Positions 10,673 through 20,063 of a DNA stretch of 51,229 nucleotides are shown one piece after another. How positions within the stretch are numbered: the stretch's first letter is position 1; each line of letters begins with the position of its first letter. Below the pieces are notes generated by a model, which was given only the letters and a program-made list of their open reading frames with translations, did not search any database and was not told the origin of the DNA. Made by a program: the position numbers and the translations under genes. Source of the stretch: Deltaproteobacteria bacterium (lineage in GTDB: Bacteria; Myxococcota; JACRCW01); NCBI GenBank assembly GCA_016218805.1, contig JACRCW010000021.1:1-51229 (forward strand), written 5' to 3'.

Positions 10673-11653
10673 TCAGGCGCGGGAGCCCACCGCCTCCTTG
10701 TCCAGCTCCAGGTCCAACTTGAGGATCTCCTCCAGCGCGGGGCGCGCCTTGGCGCGGCCCTCCAGGATGTCATTGACCACGCGCATCAGCGGCAGGTTCA
10801 GCTTGAGGCGGCCCGCCAGCGCGGCAGCTTCGCGCGCGGTGGCCACGCCCTCCACGCAGCCTTCCACGCTCTGCAGCGCGCCCTCCAGGGACGCGCCCTG
10901 CGCCATCAGACCGCCCACGTCACGGTGGCGCCGCGTGGAGGAGACGTGGCGCGGGATGAGGTCCCCCACCCCGGCCAGGCCGCTGAAGGTGGACACCTCG
11001 CCGCCCAACCGCACGCCCAGCCGCGTGGCCTCGGACAGGCCGCGGGTGAGCAGCACACCGCGGGAGGTCTCACCCATCTCCAGCGCGTCCGCCATGCCGC
11101 TGGCCAGCGCCGCCACGTTGGAGATGGCGCCGGCCACCTCCACGCCCACCACGTCCATGGTGGTGTGCACCTTGATGGGCGTGCCTTTCACCAGCGTCTT
11201 GAGCATCTCCGCCACCTCGTCGTACCGGCTGGCCAGCACGGCCACCAGCGGCCGCTGCGAACTGGCCTCGTCAAAGTACAGCGGCCCGCCCAGCGCGCCC
11301 ACCTTGCGCACGCAGGTCACCGCGCGGATGGCGGCGTGCGGCAGCGTGAACCCGGGCCCCACGCCGCGGCACGCGTGCAGCACCACGTGGTCCCCGCGCG
11401 CGTGCGGACCGTAGTGGTCCGCCACCTCGGGCAGCGCTTCGGCGGGGACGGCGAACAGCACCATGTCCGCGTCCGCCACCGCCGCGCCCATGTCGTCGTG
11501 CACGTGCGCCTTGGGGTGCGCGTGCCGCAACGTCTCCCGCGCGCGTGGATTGCGGGCCCACACGCGGACCTGCGCCGGCGTGCGCGTCATCAGCTCCGCC
11601 ACGCGCGTGGCCAGGCGCCCGCCGCCCAGGATGGCCAGGTGGAGACCACTCAT
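10673..11653 (-). CDS. GpsA-like NAD(P)-dependent glycerol-3-phosphate dehydrogenase homologue with degenerate active site
   Basis: Rossmann start, DVVGVEVAGA, TRGLSE, GLAGVGDL, CVEGV; catalytic Lys replaced by Ser. Confidence 0.8.
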   Translation of the reverse strand: MSGLHLAILGGGRLATRVAELMTRTPAQVRVWARNPRARETLRHAHPKAHVHDDMGAAVADADMVLFAVPAEALPEVADHYGPHARGDHVVLHACRGVGPGFTLPHAAIRAVTCVRKVGALGGPLYFDEASSQRPLVAVLASRYDEVAEMLKTLVKGTPIKVHTTMDVVGVEVAGAISNVAALASGMADALEMGETSRGVLLTRGLSEATRLGVRLGGEVSTFSGLAGVGDLIPRHVSSTRRHRDVGGLMAQGASLEGALQSVEGCVEGVATAREAAALAGRLKLNLPLMRVVNDILEGRAKARPALEEILKLDLELDKEAVGSRA

Positions 11654-13299
11654 GCGGCACCTCCCCGTCCCAGCGCGCGGTGGTCTGAGGTCAATACCGG
11701 CCGCAGGCCCTCTTCGCGCTCAAACCGGTAACCCTCCAACCGGTTCTGGTAATACAGCAGCAGCGCGCGGTCCGTGGGGAACACGCGGTCCCCGCGGCGC
11801 AGGGCGGCCGGGGACGTGTGGTAGATGGAGAAGTGCCGCAACCCGTCGGTGACCACGTCCTCCGCGGTGCGGTCCGCCACGCGCGGTCCCAGGCGCACGC
11901 CGCCGCGCGCCGCCAGCCCGCGCAGTTCCGTCAGCATGCGTTCCACCTCGCGGTAGGTGTCCAGCAGCGGCACGTCGTCGCGCTCGGCGCCCTGGCGGAC
12001 CAGGCGCAGCGTGTCCACGGACGGGTTCTGCCGCCGCAGCATGGAGAAGATGGCGCGCGCGGTGACATGCGTGGACTGGATGACGTTGTCCTTGAAGTAC
12101 GCGTCGCTCAGGCGCACGCCCACCTCGCGGGTGTACTCCGCGTCGCGGGTCTCGTGCGCCTCCGGCTTGCCGCCGCGCAGCACGTAGCGCGCCGGATCCA
12201 CACGGCGGCCGCGAGGGTCCAGGCTTTCGCCCTCGTCATCCACCGGATTGCCAAACGGGTCCATCCCGCGTCCCAGCGTGAAGAAGATCCGCGAATCCAG
12301 ACTGAACAGCTGCCGCACGAAATCAAACACGCGCTTGGGCCGGCTGAATTCGTCGTCGGTAATGATGTAGCGCGACTTGCCGACCTCCTTGAGGAAGTCA
12401 TCAATGAGCGTTTCAGCTTCCAGCACCAGCTCATAGGAGATGGTGGCGGGGACGATGAAGATGCGCGGGTTGGGTTTGTTGCGTTGCAGGTTGTTGATGA
12501 AGGCGCCCAGGCCCGTGCCCAGCAGGCCCAGCTTCAGGCGCTTCTCCACGGAGCCGGACCGGCAGCGCGTACCGCCGGGGAAGAAGATGTTGTCATAGCC
12601 GTGCTCCAGGGTGAGCGTGGCGTACTCCTTGAGCGTCTCCTTGTAGAGCGGGTCCTGCTTCTTGCGGTCCACCGTGTACGCGCCCAGGTTCCGCATGAAG
12701 AACCCAATGAGCGGGTTGCTGAACAGGTTGAGCCCCGCGCCGTAGATGAACGGCGGCAGCCCCATCCGGTACAGCGCGTACCCCACAATGATGCTGTCCA
12801 TGTTGGACACGTGCGTGGGCACCACGATGACGGTGCCCACTTCGTGCAGGCGGCGGATGTGTTCCAGTTCACCCTGCACCACCAGCGCGTCCTCCAGGCT
12901 GGGCAGGTTGGCAAAGTCCGCCAGGATGCGCTTGGGGCTCATGGCGTTGAGCAGCAGGCCGAGCGCCGGTTCACCCGCGCGCGTGACCAGGTCATACAGC
13001 CGCGGTTCAAAGTGCCCGGCAATCTCGTTGCCGTAGCGGTCCACCGCCTGCCCAATGAGATCCAGCAGCGCGCGGTCGGACGCGCGCGTCATCTCATGGC
13101 GCGCGCGGTTCCAGAACGCGCGGTCCGCATCCACCGTGCGCGAATCACGGTCTTCCTTGAGGCGCCGCATCTCGTGGTAGATGCTGTCCGCCAGCACTTC
13201 GTCCGGCCGCGTCTTGCCCGCCTCCACGGAACGGCTGACGGTGGCCAGCACGCGGCTGTGCAGTTCAGTGAGGACGCGTTCCTTGTCTTCCGGTCGCAT
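11650..13299 (-). CDS. PlsB-like glycerol-3-phosphate acyltransferase
   Basis: PTHVSNMD (HX4D), GAGLNL, GAYTVDR, FFPGGTRCRSG, IVPATISYE. Confidence 0.85.
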   Translation of the reverse strand: MRPEDKERVLTELHSRVLATVSRSVEAGKTRPDEVLADSIYHEMRRLKEDRDSRTVDADRAFWNRARHEMTRASDRALLDLIGQAVDRYGNEIAGHFEPRLYDLVTRAGEPALGLLLNAMSPKRILADFANLPSLEDALVVQGELEHIRRLHEVGTVIVVPTHVSNMDSIIVGYALYRMGLPPFIYGAGLNLFSNPLIGFFMRNLGAYTVDRKKQDPLYKETLKEYATLTLEHGYDNIFFPGGTRCRSGSVEKRLKLGLLGTGLGAFINNLQRNKPNPRIFIVPATISYELVLEAETLIDDFLKEVGKSRYIITDDEFSRPKRVFDFVRQLFSLDSRIFFTLGRGMDPFGNPVDDEGESLDPRGRRVDPARYVLRGGKPEAHETRDAEYTREVGVRLSDAYFKDNVIQSTHVTARAIFSMLRRQNPSVDTLRLVRQGAERDDVPLLDTYREVERMLTELRGLAARGGVRLGPRVADRTAEDVVTDGLRHFSIYHTSPAALRRGDRVFPTDRALLLYYQNRLEGYRFEREEGLRPVLTSDHRALGRGGAA

Positions 13300-13341
13300 G
13301 GGACGGAGTCCATAGCGTGGCGGGGCCGGCGCGGTCGATGT

Positions 13342-14910
13342 TCACGGGCAGGTGGAGTTGCCACAGCTGGTGGCGACCGGGAACACCCCGCCGCGGCGGT
13401 ACAGGCTCCCCGCGCTCACCTGGATGGTGCCCGGGGTGATGGTGCTCCCGGCCTGCGCGTTGGCGGCGTCAAACACGCCCATGGCGTCCACCAGGATCCC
13501 GTAGCTGAAACCGGTGGGGACCCACGTCAGCACCTTCCCCGCTGACGTGGACACCGCCATGCTGGAGTTGCCGGAGACCCGCAGCGCGGTGCTGGCGCCG
13601 CTGCGCCCGGTGAAGGTGTACGTGGTGTCCGCGTTGGTGAGCAGCTGCACGCGTGACTGCTCCGTGGCGGCAATGCCGTACATCACGTTGGTGAGCGTGA
13701 TGGGCCCGCTCACGTCCAGGAACGCCCCCTGGATGGCCAGCAGGGACCAACTGTTGTTGCCGCTGACGGTCACCCCCGCCACGGAACAGTGCGAGGCCTG
13801 CCCGCAATACACGCCCATGGACCCGTTGTTGTCCGCCACCAGCGGTGCGCCGAGCGAGAGGCGCGCCTGGAACTGCACCAACACCCCGTAATAGGTGTTG
13901 CCGGACAGCGTGACGACGGACGTGGCGCTGGTGGCACGCGTGGATCCCGCGCAGTACCAACCGGTGGACGTGTTGTTCTCCGACCGCACGGCGCCGCTGA
14001 GCGTGCAGTGGCTGCGTTCACAGATGATCCCCAGGCTGGCGCGTTGGACGGTGGTGTCCGCAATGTCCAGGTTGTCCGCGTGGAAGCCGCGGATGCCGTA
14101 GTAGACCACGTCCGCCACCGTCACCCCGACGACGGACCCGCCAAACGCGGACGCGTAGTAGATCCCATGGGACGCCACGGCGACCGTGGGCGCGGCGGCC
14201 AGCGCGCCTGACAGCGTGGTCAACGCGGCGCCGGCGCCCAGGATGTTGACGCGGTACCCGCGGCTGATGGTGGCCTGCGCGGTGGCGCCCACAGGGAGCG
14301 GGAAGGTGCCGGGACCCACGTGCACGTTGCACGCATCCGGGCCCACGTCCGGCAGCAGGTCCACCGCGCGCTGCACGGTGGTCACCGCGCAGCGCGTAAC
14401 CCCGGCAGACGCTGCGGCGTCCGCCAGGCCGTCACAGGTCGAGTCGTCACCGTCAGTGCGCACGTACAGTTCCACCGCGCCGCGGGTGCGCCGCGCCAGC
14501 GTGGAGATGCTGCCCGGCGCTGCGTGCACCGCCTCATCTGCGTGGCGGGCGTACGGGACGGAACCCACCGGCTGCGCCGTGACCAGCGCCGCGCCGTCCA
14601 CGCTCACGTCGTACGTGACGTCGCTGCCGTCAAAGAACCCGGGGCAGGACGCGGTGTCCACACCGGCCTGGAAGGTGCCGTCCGTGGCGTTGGGCGTGAG
14701 GGTGACATCCGGCGGCTGGCAGGTGGTGGTGCCCTTGTGGAACTGGAAGGAGAGCACGTGCGGACCCGCCAGCGGGGCCCCCGCCGCGTCTTGCAGCGTG
14801 CCGGAGTAGTACAGGGTGGACGGCGAGAGGCCACCGCGTTCCGCACGCGCCAGCCAGCCGCCCACCACGCCCCCCACGACGAGCGCCGCCGCCACCGCGT
14901 GTTTGTTCAT
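13342..14910 (-). CDS. Secreted right-handed beta-helix (tailspike/pectin-lyase-like) protein
   Basis: Signal/anchor; YSGTLQDAAGAP..SVPYA domain; LYVRTDGDD..TTVQRAVDLLP..GPGTF helix cap; repeated S.N..YG(V/I) coils. ATG at 14910 overlaps upstream stop (ATGA). Confidence 0.75.
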   Translation of the reverse strand: MNKHAVAAALVVGGVVGGWLARAERGGLSPSTLYYSGTLQDAAGAPLAGPHVLSFQFHKGTTTCQPPDVTLTPNATDGTFQAGVDTASCPGFFDGSDVTYDVSVDGAALVTAQPVGSVPYARHADEAVHAAPGSISTLARRTRGAVELYVRTDGDDSTCDGLADAAASAGVTRCAVTTVQRAVDLLPDVGPDACNVHVGPGTFPLPVGATAQATISRGYRVNILGAGAALTTLSGALAAAPTVAVASHGIYYASAFGGSVVGVTVADVVYYGIRGFHADNLDIADTTVQRASLGIICERSHCTLSGAVRSENNTSTGWYCAGSTRATSATSVVTLSGNTYYGVLVQFQARLSLGAPLVADNNGSMGVYCGQASHCSVAGVTVSGNNSWSLLAIQGAFLDVSGPITLTNVMYGIAATEQSRVQLLTNADTTYTFTGRSGASTALRVSGNSSMAVSTSAGKVLTWVPTGFSYGILVDAMGVFDAANAQAGSTITPGTIQVSAGSLYRRGGVFPVATSCGNSTCP

Positions 14911-15563
14911 GGGAATCCTCCCTGCAGGATGGTGTTCCCGTCGCTGCCGCGCGCGGTTGGACCGGAGCGGAATGCGCCGCGCAGCCGCACCGCGCCATCT
15001 GCGGCCGCGGCCGACGGCAGGAATTCTCCGCGCAACCGCGGCGGGCCGGACACCGACGCGGCCGAGGAACTCAACGGCGCCGCCGAGGTTCCGGACGACG
15101 GCAGTGCCGAGGCGGACGATGAAAGACCGGTGGCCGACGAGGACGGCACGGATGACGACGCCCGCGACGCGGACGTGGCCGACGAGGAGGGCGCTGACCC
15201 GGTGCCGGACGATCCGCGCGAAATGGACGACGACGGCTGCCACGCTGAGGACGGGACGCCCGACGACGACGACGACGACGACAACAACAGCGACGATGCC
15301 GGGAATGAGGACGTCCCCCCGCCCTTGCCGTTCTCCCCGGTACTCCGGCGGCAGTGCAGGCGGTCCGGGTCGCACGTCCAACCCGCGGGGCAGTCCTCGT
15401 CGTGCTCGCAGCCCGCGTACTCGGGGCAGCCGCCCGCACACAGCAGCAGGACGGCGGACACGGCGGCCGCGGCCCGGTCACGTGCGCGTGGCAAGCAGCC
15501 CTCCCATCCAGGCCAGGCCCACTGCCGCACACGCCAGACCCGCCACGCCCAGCAGCACGGCAC
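14907..15563 (-). CDS. Cys-rich/Ser-rich lipoprotein (start uncertain, possibly GTG 15461)
   Basis: LLLCAGG-C, CEHDEDCPAGWTCD..C module, poly-Ser linker, short C-terminal LRGEF/LRGAF/LQGGF repeats; stop overlaps next ATG. Confidence 0.6.
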   Translation of the reverse strand: MPCCWAWRVWRVRQWAWPGWEGCLPRARDRAAAAVSAVLLLCAGGCPEYAGCEHDEDCPAGWTCDPDRLHCRRSTGENGKGGGTSSFPASSLLLSSSSSSSGVPSSAWQPSSSISRGSSGTGSAPSSSATSASRASSSVPSSSATGLSSSASALPSSGTSAAPLSSSAASVSGPPRLRGEFLPSAAAADGAVRLRGAFRSGPTARGSDGNTILQGGFP

Positions 15564-15849
15564 CCGCTCCCAGCAGAAAAGGGGGCGCCTGCAGCGCCAG
15601 GAAGCGCGGTGTGCCGCTCAGCCCCGGCGTGGGCACCTGCCCGACGATTCGGCCCTCCCCCGCCGCCAGCCCGCCCAGCAGCGCGCCCCCCGCCACGACC
15701 GCACCCGTGGACATGAGCCCGGCGCCCAGCAGCACGCCCACGGCCGCGGGCGCTGCGCGCACCCAATCCGGGGCGTGGGCCGCCGTCCCCGGGGGGTGGA
15801 GCAACAGTGTCAGGGCCAGCGCCGGGAGCACGGCTCCCGACGGTAGCAC
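15478..15849 (-). CDS. Hypothetical membrane protein
   Basis: Hydrophobic ORF co-oriented and tightly packed with neighbours. Confidence 0.4.
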   Translation of the reverse strand: MLPSGAVLPALALTLLLHPPGTAAHAPDWVRAAPAAVGVLLGAGLMSTGAVVAGGALLGGLAAGEGRIVGQVPTPGLSGTPRFLALQAPPFLLGAGAVLLGVAGLACAAVGLAWMGGLLATRT

Positions 15850-15858
15850 GCCGCGCGG

Positions 15859-16611
15859 TCAGTCCGTCTCGGGGTCCAGGATCTCACAATCGTCGGAACC
15901 GAACCCGCCGCCGGACTCGTTGCACTTGGCCAGCCGCTCGCCGATCACCTCGGCCGAGAAGTTCACCTTGATCTCACCGGTGACGACGTCATCCGGGTCC
16001 CCGTCATCCTTGTCCACCGTGTACACCAGCCCACCGCGCACCCAGCCGGCGGGGCCCGGGTTCTCCCCCAGCTGGCCAAACTCCAGCTCCACCCGGTAGC
16101 GCGAGCCGTACTCGCGCACGTGGTCGGGATACTCGCTGCGATTGCTGAGTTCCGCTTCGCCCGGGTAGTACGTGATGCTGACCTCGGGGTCATTGCCCGT
16201 CGTCGTCGGGCTTTCACTGTCGTACACCACCTTGTCACCGGAGCTCAGCGCCTGCGCGTGCGTCACGCTCAGCAGGATGCTGGGCTGCGTACGCAGGCCG
16301 TCGCTGTAGTGGTTCTTCTCAAAGATGCTCCACTCGCGGCGGTCCTCGTGCGGGTTGAACAGGAACCCGTGCAACCGGATGCGCAGCACCGTCCCGCCGG
16401 CGGTGTCTTCGCGCCTCTTGTACTCCGTGCGCCGGCCGGTGGAGGTGGTCACTTCCACCGGCACGTACTCATCCCAGTACGCGTACTGCGTGCGGAAGGT
16501 CCACGGCGCAATGGTGGACCCCAGCTTGCCCGACGAAATGCTCCACGGGGCGCAGGAAAGGACTGGCAGGACTGACAGGGCCGCCACTCCGGCGGCGAGG
16601 ATACGACGCAT
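15859..16611 (-). CDS. Hypothetical lipoprotein
   Basis: MRRILAAGVAALSVLPVLS-C signal; globular-looking composition, strong GC3 bias. Confidence 0.7.
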   Translation of the reverse strand: MRRILAAGVAALSVLPVLSCAPWSISSGKLGSTIAPWTFRTQYAYWDEYVPVEVTTSTGRRTEYKRREDTAGGTVLRIRLHGFLFNPHEDRREWSIFEKNHYSDGLRTQPSILLSVTHAQALSSGDKVVYDSESPTTTGNDPEVSITYYPGEAELSNRSEYPDHVREYGSRYRVELEFGQLGENPGPAGWVRGGLVYTVDKDDGDPDDVVTGEIKVNFSAEVIGERLAKCNESGGGFGSDDCEILDPETD

Positions 16612-16775
16612 GCAAGACCTCCATGTCGCCCGGACGTGCCGGGACGTTCCGTGGGACACCGTATGGTCGCGCCCGCGTGTCAGGTCAACCGGCGTGCGCG
16701 TCGGCGGGGCGGGTGTGTGCTAGGGAGGCGCGCGCGGCCCGCACCGGCGGGGACGCACCAAGGGACGGCGCGCCC

Positions 16776-17474
<699 letters not shown>

Positions 17475-17478
17475 CCCC

Positions 17479-20037
17479 ATGCTGTCCCTGCTCAGACTTG
17501 TGGCGGCGCGGCACCTCCGGGACTCCCGGGGGCGGACGCTGCTGACGCTGCTGGGCATCTGCGTGGGGGTCTCCGCCGTGGTGGGCATCACGGCGCTCAA
17601 CGGCGCGGTGCTGGACGCGTTCAACACCATGGTGGCGTCCATATCGCGCGGGAGTGACCTGCAGGTCAGCAGCGGCGAGGTGGGTGTCCCAGACGAGATG
17701 CTGGAGAAGGTCCGCGCGGTGCCGGGCGTCACCAGCGCCAGCCCGCTGCTGGAGAACACGGTGATGGACCCCGCCACCGGGGACCGCATCCTGGTGCTGG
17801 GGATTGACTTCCTGGGCCATGACCCGTTCCGCGGCCTGGCCGAGAAGGAGGGCGGCAAGAACATTGTTGACGACGAGATGGCGTTCCTGAACAACCCCCG
17901 CGCGGTGCTGGTGGCCGGGCCGTACGCGCAGGCGCACGCGCTCAAGAAGGGGGACGTGGTCAAGCTGCTGACCGCATCCGGGCCCGCGGACTTTGAGATT
18001 GCCGGGCTGCTGGCGCCTACCGGCGCGGCCAAGGCGTTTGGCGGCAGCGTGGGCATCATGGGGATGGATGCCGCGCAGCTCATGTTTGGCAAGGAGAACC
18101 GGTACGACCGCATTGACGTGGAAGTGGACGTGACGGTGGGCGCTGACGCCGTGCGCGAGCGCATCCGCGCGGCCACCGGCGGCGGCATGGTGGTGGACCG
18201 CCCCAATGACCGGGGCCAGCGCATCAGCCGGATGGTCTTTGCCCTGCAGACGGCGCTGCAGCTGGCCAGCGGGGTGGCGCTGCTGGTGGGCATCTTTGTG
18301 GTGTTCAACACCATGGCCATTGCGGTGATGCAGCGGCGGCGGGAGTTGGCCACGCTGCGCGCGCTGGGCATGCCGCGCGCGCAGGTGGTGGCCCTGGTGG
18401 CGGGCGAAGCCGCGCTGCTGGGCATCCTGGGCGGGCTGGCCGGCGTGCTGCTGGGGCGGCTGCTGGCGGAGCTGGCGCTGCAGAGCGTGGCGGACGCCAT
18501 CAGCGCCATCTACGTGGAGATCAAGCCGTCCGGCGCGCAGGTGCCGGCGTGGCTGGCGGTGACGGGCTTCCTGATGGGCGTGGTGACGGCGGTGGTGGGC
18601 GCGGCGCGCCCCGCCGCGGACGCCGCCGGCGTGTCCCCCGTGATGGTGCTGGCCGGGCGCGCCACGTCACTGCGGCCGCCCCGGCATCCCGCACTGATGG
18701 CGCTGGCGGGCGGCCTGACGCTGACCTCCGCGCTGTTTGTGGCCACACTGCCGGCGTGGAATGACATCCCGGTGGCCGGCTACGTGGCGGCGTTCCTGGT
18801 GCTGGTGGGCACGGCGCTGTGCGCGCCGCTGGTGCTCAGCGGCCTGCGCGCGGCCACCGAGCCCGTGATGCGCGCGCTGGGCTCCGTCACCGGGCAGCTG
18901 GCGTGCGGGAACCTGACGCGGGACCTGTCACGCGCGTCGGTGACCAGCGTGGCGCTGATGTTTGGCCTGGCGCTGAGCATTGGCGTGGGCGCCCTGGTGG
19001 GGAGCTTCAAGTCCACCATGGATCAATGGCTGGTGACCTCCGTGCCGTCGGACATGTTCCTGTCCGTGGGCGGCGGGCTGGCGGACCAGAAGAACATCCC
19101 CGTCAAGGTGGAGGTGGGCGCCGGCCTGGCGGACGTGCCCGGCGTGGAGGCGGTGTTCCACGTGCGCATGGCGCAGCTCCCGTTTGAAGATCTTACGCTG
19201 CAGGTGCTGTCACTGGAGACGGACGTGTACATGCGCCGCGCCAAGCTGATGGTGCGTGATGGTCCCTCCGTCATCACCGGCCAGATGCTCCGCTCCACCG
19301 GCGGCGTCACCATCAGCGAAAACCTCTCCTCCAAGAAGCACCTGCACGCGGGAGACGTGCTGGTGCTGGGCACGCCCAAGGGCCCGCGCCGGTTCCCCAT
19401 CCTGGCGGTGGCGGTGGATTTCACGTCGGACCAGGGGTTTGTGATGATGGACCGGTCCACGTACACGGAGGCGTTTGGGGACACCCTGGCGGACATGTTC
19501 CAGCTGTTCCTGAAACCGGGGACGGACGTGGAGGCCACGCGCCGCGTGCTGGCGCAGCAGTTTGGGCCGCGCGGTCTGACGGTGACCACCAACGGCGAGT
19601 TCCGCGCCTACGTGGGGGCGCTGGTGGACAACGCGTTTGCGGTGACGGGCGCCATCCAGCTGGTGGCGGTGCTCATTGCGCTGCTGGGGATCATCAACAC
19701 GCTGCTGGCCGCGGTGCTGGACCGCACGCGGGAGATTGGCGTGCTGCGCGCGGTGGGCGCGCTGCGCTCACAGGTGAACGCGGTGATGGTGGTGGAGGCC
19801 ATCCTGCTGGGCCTGGGCGCGGCGGTGATGTCCGTGGTGGCGGGGTCCGCGTTTGGGCACATCTTCACGGCGGTGATCAACTTCCAGTCCACCGGCTGGA
19901 GCCTGCCGTTTGTGTTCCCGTGGGGCACCGCGGGACAGGCCGCACTGCTGTCCGTGGGCGTCGCGGCCATCGCGTCGCTGGTCCCCGCGCGCCGGGCGGG
20001 CCACCTGGACGTGCGGGACGCGCTCAGCGTGGAGTGA
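17479..20037 (+). CDS. ABC transporter permease, duplicated MacB/FtsX-type
   Basis: Two halves, each with a periplasmic domain followed by RRRELATLRALG / RTREIGVLRAVGA. Confidence 0.9.
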   Translation: MLSLLRLVAARHLRDSRGRTLLTLLGICVGVSAVVGITALNGAVLDAFNTMVASISRGSDLQVSSGEVGVPDEMLEKVRAVPGVTSASPLLENTVMDPATGDRILVLGIDFLGHDPFRGLAEKEGGKNIVDDEMAFLNNPRAVLVAGPYAQAHALKKGDVVKLLTASGPADFEIAGLLAPTGAAKAFGGSVGIMGMDAAQLMFGKENRYDRIDVEVDVTVGADAVRERIRAATGGGMVVDRPNDRGQRISRMVFALQTALQLASGVALLVGIFVVFNTMAIAVMQRRRELATLRALGMPRAQVVALVAGEAALLGILGGLAGVLLGRLLAELALQSVADAISAIYVEIKPSGAQVPAWLAVTGFLMGVVTAVVGAARPAADAAGVSPVMVLAGRATSLRPPRHPALMALAGGLTLTSALFVATLPAWNDIPVAGYVAAFLVLVGTALCAPLVLSGLRAATEPVMRALGSVTGQLACGNLTRDLSRASVTSVALMFGLALSIGVGALVGSFKSTMDQWLVTSVPSDMFLSVGGGLADQKNIPVKVEVGAGLADVPGVEAVFHVRMAQLPFEDLTLQVLSLETDVYMRRAKLMVRDGPSVITGQMLRSTGGVTISENLSSKKHLHAGDVLVLGTPKGPRRFPILAVAVDFTSDQGFVMMDRSTYTEAFGDTLADMFQLFLKPGTDVEATRRVLAQQFGPRGLTVTTNGEFRAYVGALVDNAFAVTGAIQLVAVLIALLGIINTLLAAVLDRTREIGVLRAVGALRSQVNAVMVVEAILLGLGAAVMSVVAGSAFGHIFTAVINFQSTGWSLPFVFPWGTAGQAALLSVGVAAIASLVPARRAGHLDVRDALSVE

Positions 20038-20063
20038 GTGCGCCTGCTAGAGTGAGCCCTTAG

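Noticed and set aside
15262..15282. (GAC)7 microsatellite as a phase-variation site
   Set aside because: Triplet unit encoding the poly-Ser linker on the minus strand; slippage would not shift the frame
14911..15441. N-terminal extension of the 699-aa ORF 13342-15441
   Set aside because: Overlaps the Ser-rich lipoprotein frame; ATG 14910 gives a clean signal peptide and ATGA coupling
13342..16611. Prophage region suggested by the tailspike-like gene
   Set aside because: No capsid, terminase, integrase or other phage genes; the protein has a signal peptide and host-like composition
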